From positions 314,679-378,678 of the forward strand of contig BDGG01000003.1 in assembly GCA_001949185.1 (NCBI GenBank): a stretch of DNA of 64,000 nucleotides. Reading direction: 5' to 3'. Shown one piece after another: positions 26,936 through 39,494 of this stretch. The notes beneath the pieces were generated by a model, which saw only the letters and a program-made list of their open reading frames with translations, was not told the origin of the DNA and did no database searches. Within the stretch, counting starts at the first letter, position 1; each line of letters begins with the position of its first letter. Both the position numbers and the translations under genes were made by a program. The stretch comes from Ramazzottius varieornatus (Eukaryota > Animalia > Tardigrada).

Positions 26936-27686
26936 TTATTTATCGAGGTACGTTGTTTGATAAGGCCTTCGAGGCTTGGTGGCGTTGTCGTTATCCACTT
27001 TCCGCACAATAATCGCAGCGGCCAGGCAGAAGATGAACTCAAACACTGCTACAGCCATCATGGTGGCACCCATTATTTGAACGTGGTAGGCAGTCTCGCA
27101 ATGTGGTGGGAAATAGTAAATCCATGGAGCCTAAAACCAGAAGTTTTGGTAGTGTGTTTCCGACGATATCAAAAGAGCCTCTGTTGGCTGAAGCGAATTT
27201 CTGGAAAAACTGTTCTTACGAATGGGAACTCGCAATCTTTGTAAAGGAATCCTTCCGGGTCCAGAATGCGCCAGCCGATGGCCAAGCCCAGCATGATCAG
27301 TGCAAGGACTGCCGACAGGATGTTCAGAAGGATCACCCACAATAGCAACCGGTGATATCCAGGCGTCTCTGGGTCCTTCACTCCATGGACGATGCCGACA
27401 ATCCCCGTGATGAGGAGGAACCCGCCAAGCCAACATCCGGGTCCAAAGCGTCCCTCGAACTGTGTATTTAGTTGGTGATAATAGGACTGCATTATGAAAC
27501 CTGTAACAAATCCGTCGTTTTAGCCACATCTAGCTAGACCTCGACGAAATTGAAAAAGCACAAAAAACCAGATTAAGCGAAATCAAATACAACGACATAA
27601 AATCACCCACATGCTATTTGAAGGATGATGAGCGATATTCCGAAGAAGCAATGGACCACACCGATGATCAGAGATTGGAACGACAT
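26936..27686 (-). CDS. Small four-TM membrane protein (CD20/MS4A-like topology). Exons approx 27686-27611, 27500-27220, 27130-26936
   Basis: Spliced ORF MSFQSLIIGVVHCFFGISLIILQIA..GCWLGGFLLITGIVGI..LLWVILLNILSAVLAL..MMAVAVFEFIFCLAA with 4 hydrophobic helices and a Cys pair in the last loop. Confidence 0.7.
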
Positions 27687-28514
27687 TTTGAAGATACAGA
27701 AAATTCACTTCCTAAGGACGATCCCGTGCTGCGGACTGAATGAATTCCCGAAGAAGTATGTCCAAGTCAATCAATCATACATTGCATTGGATGAGGCGAT
27801 TGCTGCGGGTTTCGCGCGAACAGCAGTCGAAGTCTACGCGTTGGTTCTTGCAGAATATGTGAGACAATGGTCGGGTAAGTGAGGTGAGAACGATCCTTGC
27901 TTTGCGTATTTGGTATCGCCTTTATTAGCTTAGTAATAAAGTTGAGAATTCCGGTATCGCGTACGAGAAGCGTCAGCGGACTTATCTCTGGACTAGAACC
28001 AGGCAAAGCGAACTTATCTCGAGACTACGGAGGTGTGTAAACAATGAGCCATATGGAACAAATATTTGACAACTATCACCAGTTAGGGCATTTCGTACGA
28101 CGCGATTCAAGCCGGCTGTAATGCAATTAATACCCGACTACCAACAGTACCAATGCACAATATACGTATACTGTAGTCTGTATCGTACAAATTATTTTTT
28201 TTACAAATGCACTCGTCTCACAGAGGATTCTTGCTGTCCGCACGAAGGAGAACGCGCTTGTTCACATCAGGTCGTTTCACCGCCAAAACAAAGAACGTGG
28301 TGAAGCAAGGCTAAAGGAAGTTGTGTCAATCAACAGCTAAAATAGTACACGAATTAACGCCTGATGTACTACGGCTTCAGTCCAGTCGAAGCGACTGTAG
28401 TTCAATCACCAGAAACGGTAGCAAAACGGAAGCATCGAAAGTTGAAACTGAAAACCGGAAAAACAATATCCGTCGGTCGGCTACGGTTCGATGGGTGGTT
28501 AGTGTATGTTTCCT

Positions 28515-28802
28515 TCACCAGTACTCAGCTTCCGTAAACTTTTGCGAGAGCAACCTGCTCACGCTAGGAACAAGCCATGCTTCGTCGGTTTCCTTGTTGA
28601 ACTCAAGTTTCAGTCCTTTCTCTTCCACGAATTTCAGAATCCGGGTCTTGCACGGCGCTATGTTCAACGTAAGTGATACTTCCGGCTTCATTAGGATGTT
28701 CACTGAAACGAATCGGTACTCGAGCTCCGGCCATCCCACAAACGACAACAAGAAGAAAACCATTCTTGTGCCCCGACTTCCGTCGAAGCATCCTTCCGAC
28801 AT
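28515..28802 (-). CDS. Hypothetical 95-aa protein (weak chromo-shadow-like pattern)
   Basis: ATG-initiated ORF with upstream splice-like signals; no confident family match. Confidence 0.3.
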   Translation of the reverse strand: MSEGCFDGSRGTRMVFFLLSFVGWPELEYRFVSVNILMKPEVSLTLNIAPCKTRILKFVEEKGLKLEFNKETDEAWLVPSVSRLLSQKFTEAEYW

Positions 28803-29859
28803 CCTACATCAAACATTAATAACCTAGTAATCAGACACAACGAGCATAAACCGATCCAGGTTCCGTCGATATTCCGTTCCTCAGGCTTTCGGACATACAG
28901 TAGTTTATGATTATCCTCTAGTCCGATTTGTCCTTCGTCCTTAGAAGAGAACGTATGGCGATTGGTGACTTACCGATAATCCAGAACTTCCTTTACCACA
29001 CATAACAGTCCTCACGACGAGCTGTTTATGCCGCAAACGGTTGATTTAAAATTTGAGTTTGCTTGATCAACGGAAATTAGTCGTGAGTGAGGCAAAATTG
29101 TGTTTTTCGAAAGTCTCGGAAACGGGAGCGGAAATGCGCGAGTTTTGCGGGGTAGGTTTGTAGGCAAACTTTGCCTCCTGGCTAAGTTGAAATTCATGGT
29201 TTTCTCTCTGGCTAGTCTCTGTCTTCCGTTATTCCCAACACGAATAGAGATCGAGGAGCCTGTACGCAAAACGGTATCTCGCAACGTGAAGCACTGTGCA
29301 GATAGAGATCAGCTGAGAAGTGAGAATTTGAAATTTGGAGTCAAGTGTGCAGAGAATAATCCGTTTTCGCGTTCAAGATAAGCTACTCGAGGGCTGCTTA
29401 TCTTGAAAGCGAAACTTCGTAATCCACTTTCAAGATCAACACAATCAACGGAGTTTTACGGCTTGTCGTGAGGAGGACTAATGGTGACTTCGCTTTTCGC
29501 TTGCGGGACGCGGGCTTGACAAATGTCCCGTTCACGGAAGTTCCGGTAAACCGATATCTGCCTTTGCGCGAATCAGTTCGGTCGCACATCAAAAGCGTGT
29601 GATATCTTACGTACGTAAGAGTACGCATTTTAGTGATTTTACCAGGTCTTTATCGAAAGGTTTCAACTCTGAAAAACCGAAAGTGAAAACTTGAAAGGCC
29701 AAAACCATGCACAGGCGCTGCGAGATTTCAAACCTGATTTCCGCTCCCTGAGTTGTAAAACGGAAAAATTTGTTCAAACTTATAAAAATACCGGAACGTT
29801 CTGGAAAGCTGAAACGACATAAAAGGAAGGGTTCAAACGATCAAAGACCAAACCATGCT

Positions 29860-32800
29860 CTACGCCATGTTGTTCCTTCGTGGCTTTTTGGCGTAAAAGA
29901 CCTCATCCTCCGATTCGGTTTCATCATCGAACACCTCTTCTTGCCGCAACGGCCTGAAGCCTTCGCGTGACGAGCGTCGTGGTCCGCCAATCAGGTTCGT
30001 GCCATCTTTGAGGGCTGGCTTGAAGCGGTAAAGCGTGTCCTTCCACCGTGACGCGGAAGACTGCCGATTGCGACGTACGCAGCAGTAGCCTAGTACCCCG
30101 CACAGTACGAGAGTGGGGACGATGAAGAAGGCCAGCATGAGGAAGGAGTATCCACCAACATCGGGCGAGAGTGGATTAGCAGCCAGCAGATTCAAGGAGG
30201 TAGAACTGCTGTTGTTGGATTTTGCTGCTGACTGTTTTTGATTCGTCAGTTTCGACACCACAGTTTTTTCCGATCCTACAAGAAAGGTAATCATCCATTG
30301 GGACATTCGGATCCTCGTTACCTCAAGTGGCGCACGTATCCAGTCAAAGAAAACTGCGCGACGAGAGGTGACAATCCTTCCGAGATTATTTGCCGGCCTC
30401 TCGTTCAGCAAACGTACCTTTGAGATGGAACTGCTGGATATTTCCATTCAGTTCCACGACGAAAATGCACTTCTGATCCCGAGAAATAGACACTGCATGG
30501 GGTGAGGCCATCGGGGTACTCGGCGAGTTGACCACTCCGATGGTTGTGCCTGTGGTGACATTAACCAGGATGGCTTGGACCGTGGTAAATTCTCCTGGAA
30601 GATCCGCAGCGCCATTGACCGCTACCATCAAATCGCCTAAACAAACAAGGAATAACCGTTACTTTCCGCCTTGTCATGTTTCGCAGTCCCAGGCATTGAT
30701 TGATAAACCGTATGGGCGAGCATTTCATGCACCTGCATACACTTGTACTGATAGCCTATTTGGATTGCTGTATGCAGGTACTGTAAATATTCGCTGCGTC
30801 CGCGCAGTACGTCATCGTACAAGTGAAGTACAGCCCCGGTCCAGTTTCACGGATTGCGCAACCCCCTACCGGGGTGCATCGTCACGTACGTGTACGTACT
30901 GCGCGGACGCAGGGAATATTCACAGTACATAAAAATCAGTCGCGCTAGACGAACGCATTCTCCTGCAGACAGCATCACTGCGACAGCTATGCAGTTTGAT
31001 GTACGCAGGTGTATGCAAGTTCCTCACATGACATCTGCTGGCTTCCTCCTTGTTATGTCCGTACCTGCAGTGTCGATAGCGAAGACTTTGAAGCCAAATT
31101 CCGGTACTTGATACAGTCTCAGAAACTGCAAGTTTTGCGTGTTGAACGCCTGGACCCTTCCGTTCTCGCGGTCGGCGATGAACAGAACACTCTCGTCGTC
31201 ACTGAGCTTGATGTCGTGTGGAATCAAGAAGTCGGCCGGAGCTGGCTGGATGGATCCCATGAAGGCTAATGGGTTGTACTGCTGTTGACCAAAGTGGCTA
31301 ATGTATCTTCCGTCCGGTGTGAATTTGATGACGCGGGAGTTGCAGTACCCGTCCGCCACGTAAAAGTCGCCGTTGGAATGAACGGCCACCATGGTGGGCT
31401 TACAGAAGTGCTGACCATCGTGGCCCGGCTGGAACTGCGTACCTGCAGAACCAGATTGAAAATGAAACTGGGGACATATTTCTCGAAACCGTTACTGGAA
31501 TACATACCAAGAGTAAGAGTTGGTTTGCCGTCGGCGAGTTTCATCACCTGGTGGAGTGCCACGTCGGTTACCCAAACGTCACCGGCTTTGTCCACTGTGA
31601 TACCATGGGGCAAGTAGAACCTGCAAGAAGAAGGGTGATCGCTTGAGTCATAAGTGAATACGGAAAAACAACCGATAGCTCGGAAGGCAGTTTTATGGGC
31701 GTACATATTTTGCCCGAATTCTTTCTTGATGGCACCGGTCTTTGCATCAACCACGATGATGGCGGCTTCCTGGATGGGTCCTTCTTGGATCTTGGTGTAA
31801 ACGTTATCGAAACCAAAGGATGCACCGTCCCATTGATGACTTCGACGGTTGAATATGTACCTGTCGAAAGCAAACACCAGCCTTAATTTCGAACGAACTG
31901 CGAGCCGGAAGTCGACCGGAAGTGAAATGATACGACTTTACGCTTACACATTGTCATCAGTATGGTCTAATGCAATGCCAGAAACCTGTCCGAGCTTCCC
32001 CAGTTTGGCACTCCATCTCGCGACTTCCTCATAAACTATAAAACAAGGTGTCAAAACCTGACAAAAATACCAGCAATTGTTTTCTGAAATAATATGGCAA
32101 AAGTTGTTCTTACTGTATTTTGAGCTTGGTGATTTCGGTTGCCCAACTACCACATTGTTTCCAGCCGGTTCGTCCATCTGGTGTCCATGTTCTTGTTCAT
32201 GATGTTCTCCTTGATGTCCCAAATTATTCCCATAATTACCGCCAATGGTCGGGTCCGGTCTTTTGGCAATGGTGATGCTGGTATCGAGCAGCTCGCCTTC
32301 CCTGCCCCTGCCTCGTTCAAAGTTCTCTCCCAAATTCTCCATGCCCGGCCTTCGTCTTGGCAGCTTGATTTCGTTAGCAGCCACATCTTCCGGTAAAGTC
32401 TGTTTGAGAGTGACATTCGCTTCCGGCATGGGCATCGGCGGCATCGTCGACGAGGTGGAGCCAGCCATTCCCGTCGCACCATGATGTTGATGACCCATGA
32501 CTTCCGACGCCGGTAGCGGGATGGAAGCTTCGCGAGGCAGCTGGTAATCCATCAAGTTCATATCCACATCCGTGCATCCTTCTGCAAAGTTCATATAGAC
32601 CTTGGACCAAATTAATACTATCAAAAATGAAGAATATTCTATTTCACCTCGGACGGTGTTTCGGTCAGCGTAGTACATCATGTAAAAATTGCACATCTCG
32701 TCGTTGTGTGTCGGACCCATGATGGTAGGTGTGTTACGTGTGGTCGAATTGTAGACGCACCGAGCGCCGAGAATGGTTCCGGCCGTGATATTGTGAGGCT

Positions 32801-34325
32801 TGTCCATATGGTAGAAGGCTTGCGGGTTTTGTGGGCTCTGCTTGCCCAACAACGTCCATTTGCCTTCGTCCTGATCCTCGGGTTTCATGTACCAGCCGGA
32901 GATGACCGTACCGAGGCTATGCGCGTGAGTTCGGAAACCGAAAGGATGGATGACCAGGTTGTCGGTGTAACGACACATCACGTTAACATTGACCACTGTG
33001 GGAAAAACAAATGGAAATATCATAGACTATGAAAGCTCGGCGAATAAACTGGACAAACCTCCAAGTAGCGCACGCTTTCGGTGTTATTGGGTGTGAGCGT
33101 GCGCCACTTCGAAAAACGTGCAAGATTGTTTCCCCAAGTGGCGCACATTATTAGTGTTATTGGCTGCGGATGTGCGCCACTTGAAAAACCGAGCTTGTCG
33201 AGTTTGTTTGCCCAAGTCCCATATAGAGTCTCTTGATGATACTAGTTTAATGAGAAAGGGAGGGTTGTTACCGGGTGTCCGAGCAGGTATCCACTGGCCA
33301 CCACCAGCCATGAGGAGGATGCCCGCCGCGTACCGTCTCGGTTCGCTGGTAAGTATCATGGAAATGCCCGAGTTATCGTTGGTGACCACCGCGCTGTAAT
33401 GGATTTGGATAAAGATGCCTTTGACATCCGTGTTCTGACCGATCTTGAAACCCACATCTGCGAAGAAAAAAGAGCAAAAAGTCAATTAGCGCTGTCCGAC
33501 AGTCGTCTGCTCAATCTCAAGGTCGGCCGTCTTGAGACGCTGTTCGGAGGCGACCAACCATCGATGCGTCACACAAAGGCTGCTCAAAAATGTTTACCGT
33601 CGGGGAGTTGTAAAGAAGGAGCGTCCTTCGCCCAGGCATACAGAAACTTGGAAGCTCCTCCGCACGCAGCCTGCACTGGGTGATCGTTCAAACATTTCCA
33701 GGCGTTGTTGGCGCCTTGCGTCTTGACGGGATTCGAGCACCCGTATATCAGAATATGGTGAACTTGCTCAGCTGAGGCGTGTGGCACGTATTTCTCTAAA
33801 AAAGAAAAGTTCATCGTCATATCATAACATCCGGGAAGTTCATTGTCAGTAGGAATATTAGGTGACTACAATTGGCAACGATGCAGCCACGTGCGACTGT
33901 GTTCCCTGAACTGTACTCACGGCATGAAACACAAAAAATGAGTGTGACGTGACCGCCACATTTGCTTAAATCATTAGATTCATTGAGCATGATCTAGTAA
34001 TATTCATGATGTCACACGCAGACGAGATCGGGCAGCCAACTTTTGGTCATTTTACGGTTTTTTCTCTTCAAATTCCACTTTAGCGAATTCGGGTCTTCCA
34101 GAACTCGCCATCTGGAATATACATCCAGGTATTGCACTTACTTATGTATCGAACATCGAAAGCCGTGTTAACTCCCATACAGTAATATTCATCTTCTGTG
34201 GTAGTATTAACATGAGGCATCCACAACGCAATTACATCTTCTTCGTCTTTCGCGCTGAGTGATCGTTCAGCTACAACTCCACATATTCCCACCAGGATAC
34301 ACAACAGGATACATCTGAGAATCAT
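29860..34325 (-). CDS. PAM: Bifunctional peptidylglycine alpha-amidating monooxygenase (PHM + PAL + TM + cytosolic tail), about 11 exons
   Basis: Cu ligands VHHILIYGC, IQIHY, RTHAHSLG, EMCNFY; PAL NHL repeats FYLPHGITVD, VWVTDVALHQV, FYVADGYCNSRV, IADRENGRVQ; TM; tail REGF..DDETESEDE. Confidence 0.95.
30781..30925. mobile_element. 145-bp intronic MITE with TA TSD
   Basis: About 32-bp TIR CTGTAAATATTCGCTGCGTCCGCGCAGTACGT and its near reverse complement, flanked by TA. Confidence 0.8.
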
Positions 34326-35901
34326 GTTTTCAGAGATCGGGGGAAAACCGTCCGATGGGAAGCGGTAATTATACAGCAGATGGAAGCAGCTGGCTCACAA
34401 AATCAGCATAGCAATGATCACGTAACGTCTATGCTGCAGGTGGAAAATCGATGCCAAGTAAGAGCTGCTGCACTTTCTTCACCGATCGCACATACGTCGC
34501 AAACAGGTTTCCGAGAGGTATTCAGACAATGTGTGTGCGTTTTTTAGCCTCTCATCGTAGTAGTACCGCAATCAAATGAGAAGCACCTTGAACAGATACA
34601 GGTAGACTGATCATGAAGCAGACCCACTCGTACACATTTCTGTTTGTCTTTCAACGAGGATATGCAGCTCACACAATCAAGTTGCGCAGTGACGTCACGC
34701 GGCACACCCTGCACTAATCCGGCTCGTTCCGCTAGCAACGTCCGTTTCACGTGCTCTGTGGAACTTCGGTTCTCTTATCATGCTTTGATAACTTCCAGTT
34801 TGCTCAGGATTCCGAGTATTCCTTGTGCACACAAAACAACTCGCGTGCGCTGAGGTATCGAGTAAAAATCGCAGAAATGCACATGTAGGAGAGCGAACAA
34901 AATCTGAAGACTGGCCTCGTTCCTACTGTATGTGCCTATCACTAATACACTATCCGTGCCCTTCAGCCTCGTTCCCTTAGGTCTCCCATGCCAGTCCTGC
35001 CAGTGCTCCCTGTGACAAAGCTGTTTCGACGCAGTAGGTATCGACGGCCTGAAGTTTCGATGCATGAGTACGCAAGGCGAGATCACAAATTGCGACCTGT
35101 TTGCTCTTTCGTGATGTTATTTCGGTAGGGGAATAAGGGAGTGCGGCATCCGGATGCACTAAGGTTCCCTCATGAGGGTAAGAAAGGCAATTTTTATGAG
35201 GTGTCGATAGGACGATATCCCTCTCCAGATACTACGTGTTTTTTGCACAGTCACGGAACACCTTCGTGGCCATACGAAGGTGTTCCATACGAGCATACGC
35301 CGCAAAAGCGCGCTACTTGCATTGGGGCTCCCCATCGAAGTCGGGAGCTTCACCGTGGAAGGAAAAAGCCACGCACCTCCCGTGTTTGCACAAAGACGTT
35401 TGTATCGTCCTGCATACACCACATCATTTGGGCATTGCTACAGAAAACATATTTGGTCTAATTATGATGAGTAGCTGCAGTCCCGCCGATAAGCAGCCGA
35501 TCTAGAGTTCAAGAATGCTAATATTAGGGGAGCCGGAAATTATCATAATTATCAGCGGTACAATGCGACCCGTGGCACGCTGACTAATTCAGACGTATCT
35601 GCCACAGTCTTCCGCCAAAGGCGACTGTACCGTATCTGGACAAAACTTGTTCTAGAAATCCCATCAAATACATGACACACAAAGAATTGTTTAACATGAC
35701 CGATACATCTGCAATGCAGTAGCCTCGCTCGGGTTACATCAAACGGCAGCAAAACCGTACCCTTATCACTGGAATGTGTTACAGTGGCCACCCACAACAG
35801 CATCAGGTACAGACAATTCCAATAAATATTAAAAGATATGTCTAGAGATCGAGAAATCAACCACATCTTTCATGACCTTGAGATGCGCATGTTTTGAGTC
35901 C

Positions 35902-36291
35902 TCATCCATTCCTGTGAGACTCCATCCGCGACATGGTAAGCTCGCATCGCTCTCCGCCGTGCCCGAGTGTGCATGTGCACGATCTCGTGGACAGCCCCGC
36001 CCTGTAGGAGCACTTTCCACCATTCGAACACCAGTCGCGCTCAGTACACGGTACCGATGTATCCCGAGCACGGTAGCCACGTTTGAAGCGAGGCTGAAGA
36101 GTGACGGTGTTGAAAGGAGGAAAGCTAGGGTCTTGTCCCAATACGGCTGAATCCCGTGGGTTAGCAGCACTGTAGCTGTTCTTTAGGTCAAGGTTGCCGT
36201 TAAGGTCGACAGATCTACAGTGACTAGCCACGATACACAACAGCAGAATCATAACGACTAGCGGAAGCGGGTCGCCCGGACTGGTGGTCAT
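35902..36291 (-). CDS. Small secreted single-EGF-domain precursor (signal peptide, propeptide, RFKR site, EGF, C-terminal Gly)
   Basis: LVVMILLLCIVASHC signal; RFKR; C-x5-C-SNGGK-C-x10-C-T-C-TLGHGGER-C; ends ..HRNG*; no TM. Confidence 0.8.
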   Translation of the reverse strand: MTTSPGDPLPLVVMILLLCIVASHCRSVDLNGNLDLKNSYSAANPRDSAVLGQDPSFPPFNTVTLQPRFKRGYRARDTSVPCTERDWCSNGGKCSYRAGLSTRSCTCTLGHGGERCELTMSRMESHRNG

Positions 36292-37855
36292 CTTGTCCAA
36301 CGCAGCCTACGATAAAGGGGTGAAATTCTGAAATTGCAGCAAAAATAAAGTTAACGCAGGTAAAGTAGCGCTTACCTGAAAAACGAAAACGGGAAATCCA
36401 CTGAGATCGATGAGCATAGAAATGTGCTGTGTACAGAAACCCGGAAGTACTGCAAACTTTTTGAACGGAAATACTGCTGGAACATCTTCTTGTAGTTTGT
36501 CGTTTTATAGCGAGTCTGCCTTGTTTTGTCTCCTTGATTTGAGTCAGTCAAGTACGTTATAACGAGTCATGGATGAGGAGTACTCCACACTGATAGATAA
36601 GCCTTTGTCTCGTTTCCACCAAAAGATAATATAACTTCACCGCACGGCGTATCAGAATGGTCAGGAAATTGACATGTCGTAGAATTTTTCCGTCTTTATC
36701 GGATTCACACCCAAAGAACGACTTTTCTTTTATGCAGCAGACACATCAGTTAAAGATACCAATGTCTCAAATGGAAATACTATAAACGGAGAAAAATACT
36801 CGTTGTTCTTTATGAACTTATGTCTGATGGTAAAATAACACAATTTTTTTCAAGACGACGACTGTAATCTGGACTGTAACGTTACACGCAAATTTTTAGA
36901 TGGACGAATCGTAAGTCCGTCTTGGATACTTTCTTCTCCGGTCTTTTTATTGATATGCAGCGTACGTGTGACGCAAATTTTTAACATAATTTTGTCCGGG
37001 TGCGCACGTGGAGTAAATTGGAGTATCTGTACGAAGGTTTGGTGGCGCTGGCGAGAAACTGTGGTACGCGACACCATTTCATAATGTCAGTGTAACAATT
37101 ATACTATCTTTATCTGGGTGCCATAAGCTACCGCGAGTACGCTGAACGTCGTCGGTGCTTGGCAGCGAAGGTCTATATCCGGTGTGTCCAGCGAGCGTTC
37201 GCTAAGGCGACCTAAACAACTGATTAGCACCCGAGCGGCATCCGTGTAACGAATACCTTCTGCGTAGGCTGCGCATCCGCTGTAGTACAAAGTCTCGCTC
37301 TTTGACGCAATTTTTGTCCGTACACTGTACCGGTTGTCGGTTTCGTCGTGCGGGATTCTCGATATGCAATCAATTACTTGCATACCCGGATACGCAGCTC
37401 AAGCATCCTGCTACCTCGAGTTCAATTTCGCGCTTCGCAGACCGAACTGTTTGCAGCACGACGGATAGCTCGTCTTACGCCCCGGTCGTGCAGCATTACA
37501 GCCTCGGTACTTCCAAATGTCTAAAACGAGCTTCAGAACCGTCAGCGTTAAGGTTGTTACATTGAGTGGCAGCATCATAAGAATGTGCAAATCAAATACG
37601 AACAACATTTTGGTCTTTCACACAAAGGACTACGGAACAATGTTCACAATACAAGATAAACATGTTTCCGTCATCCGTCATCGCACATTGGATCATACGC
37701 CAATTTATCCAATTACACAAGAAAGTAAAGTTTTAGAGAGCCATTGCCCGCTGCTGGTTTCAATGCTTATGGGTTGCGCCAATGGTTCTTTTTTAACAGT
37801 GCACGTAGCTACCGTCGTGTAGGCCGACTTGTATTGGGAAGAAGCCCAACACAAG

Positions 37856-38510
37856 CTAGAGTTCCTGGTCGACTTTTAGTATCGCAGCGATGACTTCCTG
37901 GATGAGGTTTTTGTCGCCGGTTTCGAGAACGGTGTCATTCTTCCCAGAAGTCAAAGCCACTGCAAAGTTGGCAGCAAAGTACTTTAAGGTTGTCTCTTTC
38001 AGTCCTTTCGCATCGACCTTATCAGCCAGAGACAAGAATTCTGCCCGTTTTCCATGTTGGTGACTGCGCTCAACGCGTTTCACAGTCGAGCCTTTCGTAA
38101 TTATCCGATGGTAGGTTTCTGGCGTCCGATTTTGGATATTGCAGACTACCATAGTACACAAACTTCAGAAAGGAGTTCGGGGTTCAGTCGTTGATCTTTA
38201 TGTTCTAGATGAGGCATCGTCCGGTCTCACATTCTGTCAGGCTTGATTCAAACATTCGATAAGAGACTGGCGATGCGCTTTCGAGGATGACTTTATGTGC
38301 GACGCGTTCGGTTCTATCGATACCCGAAGAAACCAACACGAAATCTCGACCAGTTCCCCAGTTGTATGTCGCTCGGCATCGGCCTTGCAACAACCTGAGC
38401 AATGCTGATTCTCTGTTCTTCGCTGAGGGGAAAGCAGATCAAGACCACAGAAAGTTGCAGGGCATCGTTCATAAGTACCAGCGTTGGGTTACAGCCCCAG
38501 ATGTCCAAGT
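37856..38510 (-). pseudogene. BTB/POZ (SPOP-like) pseudogene
   Basis: DFVLVS..AHKVILESASPV..MFESSLTECETG, then stop and frameshifts, then FLSLADK..GLKETTLKYFAANF. Confidence 0.7.
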
Positions 38511-39494
38511 GACTATGATAGGATCAAATTTACAGATTCCACCCGAAAAGTTACAGAGAACGTGTTCGGACTGACCCACAAACCAGATAAGGTCAGCATA
38601 CATGAGCTGCTAAACGGGGCCTTGCCGGAACGTCAGACACACTGATTGAGCGATTGATTGATAACGTTCCGCTAACAAATAGGTAGGACCGATATGGCGT
38701 ACGTCATACATTGATAATGTACAGTACGTAATGTGATGTACTCTACTAACAAAACTCAAAATGAGCTCTTCATTCAATCAAGGGATCCGAGCAACAGAAG
38801 AAAACCGTCTCGCCAAACACAAGCAACCGCTGGGCTGCAGAAACCGCGAGCGAGATTGTCTGAACCGGCTGTCTGTGTGTGGATGTCTACACCGCGTACA
38901 CGTTACCAACTGTTTGATCATGACTCATCAGACGCTTTTTCGACGCCTTGCGGTTTTGGCAAGCCATGTGCAAGTGGAGGCCCATTTTAGCAGCTCATCA
39001 CTGAAGATCATGCTGGCAAGGACTTACCGGTCACCCGGTGGAGTGATTTGAAACTGCTTCGACCTGCCAAATTGTCCCCTTCACAGTCCTGTTTGTCAAG
39101 CCATTGCATGTTCCTACCGGTAAATCCATGCCAGCCTGGTAAAAGAGTGGACTGCGCTACACTGGCCCTACTCAGAATTCAGATTTAAATCCACAGATTT
39201 AGCTCAGCTAAATTCGCGTGCAGATTGGCCCATAGCCTAAATGTAGCCCGCCCATCGAGCTAAATCTAATGCACCGAAACAGGTCGATTTAGCTAAATCC
39301 AGCGGCGTAAATCCAGTTGTGACGTCACATGGCTTACTGTTTTCCACCGAAAACAGCTGTTTTGCACTCGTCACCCGGTACTTCAGAGACGTGTTCTGGC
39401 GCGAAGACGGAAACATTTTCAACGTTAGTTTCATGATACTTTTATTTTGATTCACTTTATGTTAGGTCGCTGAAGTTCGTTTTTTCTTTCGGAA

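Noticed and set aside
34690-34699. CRE palindrome GTGACGTCAC upstream of PAM
   Set aside because: TGACGTCA occurs many times in the window, so one site is not evidence of regulation
35120-35395. Assignment to U snRNA, RNase P/MRP, SRP RNA or tRNA
   Set aside because: Diagnostic conserved boxes not found; kept only as an unassigned structured candidate
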